Source: Octopus vulgaris
Lineage: Eukaryota
Length of the DNA stretch: 64,000 bases
Direction of reading: 5' to 3'
Assembly (NCBI GenBank): GCA_951406725.2
Contig: OX597819.1
Span: forward strand, 17,422,001 to 17,486,000
The notes under the pieces are model-generated. The model ran no database searches and was not told the origin of the DNA. It was given only the letters and a program-made list of their open reading frames with translations. The translations under genes and the position numbers were made by a program. Shown piece after piece: positions 56,298-64,000 of the stretch (its first letter is position 1; every line of letters begins with the position of its first letter).

Positions 56298-57049
56298 TTT
56301 TTTTTGGAATTTGAAAATCTTCTTGTAGCATCACAGCATTAAATTTTAGTAAATGTAAAGTCTTCTCCGTATTGATTCTGAGAATTCTTCTTACATGCAT
56401 CTTTGCGTCTCCAGTTTGTTCCGTCTTTTGTTTATTTCTGTGGAGATAGCCTGAAGATATTCTCTATGGGTTCAAAATACGTCGTCCATTGCGTAAGAAG
56501 CAGCCTAGAGCAAATTTGGTCAAAGTGTATATGAAAATATTTGATTTCTGAAAAACAAAAACGTGGGATATTTGAAATGTGTGGGTATAAAATTTTAAGG
56601 TTTTAATCCGAGGGTGAGTGATAACACACGTATCACTTTTCTTACTACGGATCTCGCTTATATGTTTGCAATGTAGTGGGTCGGTAAAAAGATACCCACG
56701 TACAAGGTGTTGGTGCTAAACCAGGTGACGAGTAAATCGGTTCAAAAATAATTATAATCAAAATAATCTTACATATGTACGTACACACACACACACACAC
56801 GTTTTTATATGTATGATGTCTTCAAATCTATCAATGAAGCTATGTATGTATTTTGTACGTATATATGTATGTGTGCGTATATATATATACACACATATAT
56901 AGGTTATGAGAGGTAATGGTGGCAATAAAACACAAAGGTGTCAAGTAATGCTGAGTAAGTGCTTTGGACAGACTATAGTTAAGCTCCAGGTTCGGTGATT
57001 ATGCGAATGAGGAGTCCAACGTAGGTCATGTATCAGCATGCGTATATAT

Positions 57050-57250
57050 ATAAAAAAAAATTAACAGAATGAGATAAAAAGCCCAGGGCGGTGAAGATTT
57101 TAGAACTTACAGCTGTTTCCTGGATATTTTATATATCCCTTCATCGGAGACGGTGTGAGAAAATGGTTATTCTAGATAAGATATGAAATAGAGAGTGAAG
57201 TGGAGGAATGAAAATAGACGTGAGATATACATGGATATTGTATCTGTAGT
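57050..57250 (-). mobile_element. PLE-like terminus with decayed hammerhead
   Basis: Minus: CCGATGA (57141-57147)-AG-GGATA...TATCC-AG-GAAAC-AGCT-GTA (57108-57119); palindromic stem III; 3' end at a short (TA)n. Confidence 0.6.
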
Positions 57251-57346
57251 TCCATTATTTAGGCAGAATGGTATATATATATATATATAATATTTCTGTA
57301 CCTTGTGAGTAAGTTCCAATAGTATTTAAATTTGGTCATTCAAATG

Positions 57347-57476
57347 GAGCTTGCTTCCCAACCACATGGTTCCGGGTTCAGTCCCCCTGTGTCGTAAGTT
57401 GGGCAAGTGTCTTCTGCTATAGCCTCGAGTCGACCAAAGCATTGTGAGTAGATTTGGTAGCCGGAAACTTCGTACG

Positions 57477-57530
<54 letters not shown>

Positions 57531-57775
57531 TGTATGTATGTATGAATGTATGAATGTATGTATGCATGTATTTTTGTGTCTGTGTTTGACCCCCACCAGC
57601 GTTTGACAACCGAAGTTAGTGTTTAATTCGCCGTAACTTTGCAGTTCGGCAAAAGAGAACGATAGAATAAGTACTAAGCTTACAAAGACTAAATCCTGGG
57701 GTTGATTTGTTCGACTAATGGCGGTGCTCCAGCATGGCAGCAATGAGATGATTGATACAGTAAAAGAATAAAAGA
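57347..57775 (+). mobile_element. SINE family A, diverged
   Basis: Homology to family A. Confidence 0.82.
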
Positions 57776-58251
57776 ATATATAGACACACACACACACACA
57801 CACACACATATTAATTTACGGATATATATCACTGAGAAACGAGAAGGTGTAGTTTTCCTTTTCGTCTGAGGACGTTCGCTTTATACCTACATTTTCTTAA
57901 AAGACAATACTTTTTAAAGCCAGTCGAAAGCTTGGTCGATGTCTCGCACTCGTGTCACTTCGAAAGCCAGTACGAATCGGCCAGTAAATGGAGCGTATAA
58001 ATAATATAATGATTTGCAATGGCGTCACATAAGCAGCGTATCATTCGATTTATGTATTAGAAGCAGCTCTCGTGGTCTCTTCAGGATCGATTTCCCTTCA
58101 CCTAGTTCTGTGGTTTATTGTATTTCTGAAAACAATACGTCTATAAAGTGATCTTTCGTGGACGAAAAGTTGTAGCTTCTGGGTTTTCAACCATACACAT
58201 ACATTAACTATGTCGTATAGAGAAAGATTTTATGCCAATATATATATATAT

Positions 58252-58780
58252 GGAGGCGCAATGGCCTAGTGGTTAGGGCAGCGGACTCGCGGTCGTAGGA
58301 TCGCGGTTTCGATTCCCAGACCGGGCGTTGTGAGTGTTTATTGAGCGAAAACACCTAAAAGCTCCACGATGCTCCGGCAGGGGGTGGTGATCCCTGCTGT
58401 ACTCTTTCACGACTCTTTCTCTCACTGTGTGGTAAGTACCTTACTTATCAGTCACATGGCTCCTGCTGCAGTCCCACTGCGTGGCAACTTGGGCATGTAT
58501 CTACCACTATAGCCTCGGACCCACCAAAGCCTTGTGAGTGGATTTGGTAGAAGGAAGCCCTTCGAATATATATATGTATATGTTTGTGTATGTGTTTCTC
58601 CCCGCACCCTCGCATGACAACCGATGTTGGTGTGTTTACCTCTCTGTAACTTAGCAGTTCGGCAAAAGATACCGACAGAATAAGTACAAGGCTTACAAAA
58701 CATAGGTCTTAGAGTCGATTTACTCGACTGAAGGCGGTGCTCCAGCAAGGCCGCACTCAAAAGAATGAAACAAAAAAAAA
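58252..58780 (+). mobile_element. Family C SINE 5' part (58252-~58425) joined to a family A SINE
   Basis: Family C head runs to CTCTCACT, then continues directly as family A GTGTGGTAAG. Confidence 0.82.
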
Positions 58781-59132
58781 AAAAATGAATAATACATATG
58801 TGTGTTGCGTGTGTGAGTGGACAGAGGAAAGAGGGGCACAGAACACATTTATTGGGAGTTACATGTATGAGTCAAAACAGTTGGTACTCCGAGTTTCAAG
58901 CGTGATGCTGATCTGGTAAGCAACATACTACAAAGTCGGAATGCCAACAAATTTGATCAGAGTGCTTTGACCTCTATATATATATATATATATATACATA
59001 CACGCATGCGTCTATATGTAAACACACACACATACATACGCACACACACAAACAAACATGCGCAGTCATTCATAATCACTAACATTATTTCTTTGTGTTG
59101 ATTATTTCTGTTGTTTATCATTTATATTGAGA

Positions 59133-59975
59133 CTAGCAGAATTGCCCGGCGTTGCTCGGGGCTGAATTGCTTGAAAGTACTGTTAATGATTGCACTGAAT
59201 TATGATGATTATTCAGGCAAATATTGATATAAGTTTACGGTGGGAGATAAGGACTTAACGATAAAACGTGTGCCATTGCATTGTTTTGGGGGAACCAAAT
59301 TTCTGATGAGCATTATAGGGGCACCAACTTCAAGTTTGAGAAAGTGTGGTGGTAGTCCGGGGTGCTCAAAGGAAGTGAGTACCTCTATTGGATAGTTGAT
59401 GACGTCCTCTGGGTCAGGAGTTGTATCGATAGACTGATATACATAGACTTCCCCAGGAATGAGTTTTAGCATTTCATCATTAATATGGTGAACAGTTTTA
59501 TTCCTCGGGGCCAGTATAGCCTTTTTGCCAATCCAATCCATATTCTGATAATTAGCTTGTAGATCTGGGAACACTGCATCTCTGAGATCAGAAGGCGTCT
59601 TAACAATGGTACAAATGGAATCGATGGCAATATTACCATTTTCATCCCCTGGTATTTTGCCTTCGCCAAGTGCAAGGAGGGTGTGAGGAAATGCTGCTGA
59701 TGTGATATTATGTCGCATATGAGCACGCATATTGGTGTGAAGTTTGAGAGTTACTTCCCTTTATTTAAAAAATATGCATTAAAATGGAAAAAATGATGGT
59801 AAATTATTTGTAAAATCATAGACTCATCGTAGACGCGCGCTAATACCCAGAAGGGCTCGATATGAATCACGACTATAAGATACCCGGTTTTGGTTAAACT
59901 GCATTGCAAAATGTAGGAGTAGTTAGGAATCTAAATCGGAGTAGACAGACACACAACCTTTCTTTTATATATAAA
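59133..59975 (-). mobile_element. Non-autonomous Helitron
   Basis: Minus 3' end CCCGAGCAACGCCGGG hairpin plus CTAG|T; 5' end A|TTTATATATAAAAG; internal PIF1 helicase fragment. Confidence 0.85.
59209..59730 (-). pseudogene. Helitron RepHel PIF1-family helicase fragment
   Basis: LLALGEG...AILAPRN...IND...YQSIDT...GLPPHFLKLEVGAPIMLIRNL...CNGTR are PIF1 helicase motifs. Confidence 0.9.
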
Positions 59976-59982
59976 TATTTTT

Positions 59983-60653
59983 GTCCTAAAAATCTTTGTA
60001 TGGATTGAATGGTTACCTCTATGGAAATATATACACACACATTATACATACATGTGTTTATAGATGAATATATAAATACATTTAAATATCTATATACACT
60101 TTTGGGCGATCTTTCTTTTTCTTAGAGATAACTTTAGATCTTATATTCGTCCTAAAAAAACTTTGTATGGAGTGAATGGTTACCTCTATGGAAATATATA
60201 CACGCACATTATACATACATGTGTGTATAGATGAATATATAAATACATTTAAATATCTATATACACTTTTGGGCGATCTTTCTTTTTCTTAGAGATAACT
60301 TTAGATCTTATATTCGTCCTAAAAAACTTTGTATGGAGTGAAAGGTTACCTCTATGGAAATATATACACACACATTATACATACATCTGTGTATAGATGA
60401 ATATATAAATACATTTAAATATCTATATACACTTTTGGGCGATCTTTCTTTTTCTTAGAGATAACTTTAGATCTTATATTCGTCCTAAAAAACTTTGTAT
60501 GGAGTGAAAGGTTACCGCTATGGAAATATATACACACACATACATACATATGTGTATAGATGAATATATAAATACATTTAAATATCTATATACACTTTTG
60601 GGCGATCTTTCTGCTACTTGGATATAGGTCTTATATTCGTCGTAAAAAACTTT
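59983..60653. repeat. ~166-bp minisatellite, about 4 copies
   Basis: GTCCTAAAAA unit starts at 59983, 60149, 60316 and 60482, with a partial start at 60639. Confidence 0.92.
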
Positions 60654-60695
60654 CCTGTCACACACTCACGCACACACACACACACACACACGCAT

Positions 60696-60733
<38 letters not shown>

Positions 60734-62133
60734 ACACGCACACACACACGTTAGCTTACAATTTTATTTATATATTTGCGTGTCTATGTGTGTAAAGCGG
60801 AAGTGGGAATGTAGAGTGAAATAGTCACTCACTACAGAAAGTGAATTAGTTTCACTTTATTCGTTGCACACTGTGTGTGTGCGTTTGCGTGTGCTGTATC
60901 CCACACTAAGAGAAGCATTTGACTCATACACCACAATGTGAGTTTTCTCTAAATTTTGCTTAATTGGGGTTGAAATTTTAAAAAGTGGACCTGTCACGAC
61001 CCGATGCATTCTACTCTTAAAAATGCTAGGTAAATTGTAATTGAAGAAATCCTATATTGTAGATTTCTATAAGATACAAAGGGAGGCAGATAAAATCTGC
61101 CTTTTATAATAAGAGATGCTGGATGTGTAGATTAGAAGAATGCTTTGCTCGATGGAAGCTGTGGTTCTGAATCGAAACCTCGCTGACGTCAACATCCCTC
61201 CGCATTCTTCCAGGGGCGATACCATAGAGTGCCAATCAAATACTGATATCAAATTAATCGATTTCACCTTCCTTCGTGGTTTATATCTCTGTGCCAATGT
61301 TAGACTTCTATATTAAGTTTCCGCAATTATGTATTTAGTAATTTTTCGTGCAAATATTTATCGAAGGATATATTAAATAATAGATGGGGTGATAAAAATC
61401 ATTTACGGGAATAAACAAAACGCATCCAAAAGCTAGAACCTCGGGAAGTGAAATAAAATATAACCATGTTATATTTTTTAGCATGTTTTTGTTTTTGTTT
61501 TTTCTCCCAAATATTTTGTTGTGTGTTTCATTCGCTGATATTAAATATGGATGGCACGAAATATGGCATCCATATTAAATAAGGAAGACACGAAAGATTA
61601 ATGAAGGTAAATCTGCTTCATTGTATTATATAATAACTTTACGATGTAATACCGGATAAATACAATATTTGTGTAGCTAATTTCTTCTAGTTTAGCCCTG
61701 TTGTTAAATAAACAGAGAGGCTTTGATCTTTCAGAGGAAAATATCAGTTTTTTTCTATTCCTTAATTACAGCTTGTTATTTCGCTGGTTCTCTCTGTTTT
61801 GTTTATATAAGAATGAAGTTTTAGTTTACCTTTTTGCCTATTACTTGTTTCAGTTATTGGACTTCGGCCATGCTGGGGCACCCTCCTCAAGTGTTTAGTC
61901 AAACAAATAGAGCCCCGAATATATTTTTATGCCATTTACTTATTCTATCGGTTACTTTTACCAAACAGCAAGGTTACGACGCGTAAACAAATCAAGAACA
62001 TTTGTCAAACGGTGGCAGGGTACAAACACAGACACAGAGACATACATTCGTACATTGGAGTCACTTTGGAGTCTATTTCGTCCTACACACACACACACAC
62101 ACACACACAATGAGTGAGAGAAGGAGAGAAAGA

Positions 62134-62210
<77 letters not shown>

Positions 62211-62507
62211 TATTGATAATACCTAGAAGACGGTGCTTCTTTTCCACCTCCCAAGGTGAATGCAGATTTGACCAGGAGGAAATGAGTTCATCAGTCGTTA
62301 TCCAACGATCATCGGGTGTTTCTGCCCTGAACCGTAATGCCCTCTCGTTGGTGATGTCAGAAGATGTGGCCTAATCCCTTATCATCATTTTTTTCTGGCT
62401 TCCAGCTTAACTCATCTAGGTGATGTCAGTAACCGATGTGTGTCTATATACATACATACATACATACATACATACATACATACATACATACATAAAGAAA
62501 TGAATGA

Positions 62508-62551
<44 letters not shown>

Positions 62552-63397
62552 GCACAAATGTATATAATCTTCTACTCTAACTTGTTTCAGTTATTGAACT
62601 GCGGCCATACTGAGGCACTTCGTTGAAGGTTTCAATGCACACATCGATCCCAGTATTAAATTTATCGTTTTCTTTTTGCCGAACTGAATAGTCACGGAGA
62701 AAATCAACACCAGTTCTGAACTTGAAGCGGTGGTAGGGAAAAAAACGCAACCATAACAAAGATACAGTTAAATATATGCGACGGGTCTGTCAGCTTTTGT
62801 CAGCCAAATCCACTCACAAGGCTTTGATCGGGACTATAGCAGAAGATATTTGCTCAGGGTGTCAAGCGGTGGTGGTGCTGAACTTAAGAACACATGCTTG
62901 GGAAGTATGCTTCTTAACCACAAAGCCACGTCAACGACAGGCTTCCGTGCAGTTTTCATCTACCAAAATCACCCACACGGCATTGGTTAACCTGGGGCTG
63001 TAGTAGAAGACGCTCAAGTTGCCGTGCAACGACGTCGGAAATGACTTTCTTAATCAGTTATTTATTCCTGCGCCTTTTGTTCGTTGAGGTCAATTTTTAA
63101 TTTCAGCCTTTTGTGGTAATGTCAGCTATTTAAGTCCTATTTACCGCAGCTTCGAGGCTGCAAATGACAGCCATTGTTGATGCACTAACTACCTGCATTT
63201 TCTATAATATTAGCTTTGAAAATTGAAAATGTAGCTTTCAGAAACTCTGCCTTATTCTGGTATGTATTTGCCGGTTTAGCCCCATGGTTACAAAATTTGT
63301 TTTATAGAACCGTTGTTGGGTCTCCATCACGCTGTGTTCACGCATGCACAGGTAAACACACAAGCACGCACGACCACCTACCTACACACACACACAG

Positions 63398-63437
<40 letters not shown>

Positions 63438-64000
63438 ACACACACACATATATTTATATAGAGCAATATACACACACGCATTGTATATACAAGCGAAATT
63501 ATATTTACATATGAAAGAGAAAAAATATTAATTCAACTTGAAATTGTGGTTTGACTCGATCACTGATTAAATGACTACACTATTCTACGGTTATTGAGTA
63601 CTTCTATTATTTTAAAATACAAGCGCCTGTATATGTGTCAGTGTTAGCGTTTATGTGTGAAAAGTATAATGTGCTTTGTTTGTAGGCTTTTGTGAAAGAA
63701 TTGCTGACGTTTCGGCCAATCATCATTTTTCGTAATCGTGAATGGCTTTACTTCTTTAGTCCATGCGATGCTGCATACCGTGTCTACGTTCGTATCCACT
63801 TTGGGAAGAAAACATTATATTTACCAATAGACGCAAAGCTTTGCTGACACTGGTCATTACTAATCTTCTTGAAAAAGGAACGAATTGTAGCATGATTCTA
63901 GTTGAGAATATGAAGGACATGCTTCCACCAACGGACACTGGAGTCAACGGGAAGAAAAATAACGAAACGAAAATGAAAGTACGTTCTCGATTATATTTTA

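Noticed and set aside
58252-58325. tRNA-like sequences at SINE heads (also 5100-5178, 18480-18553, 52395-52468)
   Set aside because: They continue into SINE bodies and lack a proper acceptor stem, so they are not tRNA genes.
59983-60653. Regular repeats considered as a CRISPR array
   Set aside because: Whole units repeat with no unique spacers, there are no cas genes, and the context is eukaryotic.

Overview
AT-rich, microsatellite-saturated animal genomic DNA with no recognisable host protein-coding gene; it is probably intergenic or intronic. The SINE families and repeat density suggest an octopus or other cephalopod (inference). Almost all listed ORFs are translations of (TA)n, (CA)n and similar repeats. 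Conventional content: at least five SINE families (several with target-site duplications), a CR1-like LINE 3' fragment, an RTE-like fragment, a decayed Tc1/mariner element, a non-autonomous Helitron with a PIF1 helicase remnant, hAT and mariner MITEs, and tandem repeats. The main signal is a dense set of type I hammerhead ribozyme (HHR) motifs: about 20 intact or decayed copies from several unrelated sequence families. Nearly all sit in or next to (TA)n tracts, and many form fold-back inverted pairs, as expected for Penelope-like element (PLE) termini. Two insertions (38011-38973 and 51204-51883) are built from non-coding 351-nt and 340-nt monomers, each with one HHR and copied for more than one monomer length across the cleavage site. 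This is the architecture of circular-RNA retrozymes. One of them carries a compensatory U3-A8 catalytic core. All folds were paired by eye; no folding program or database search was run.
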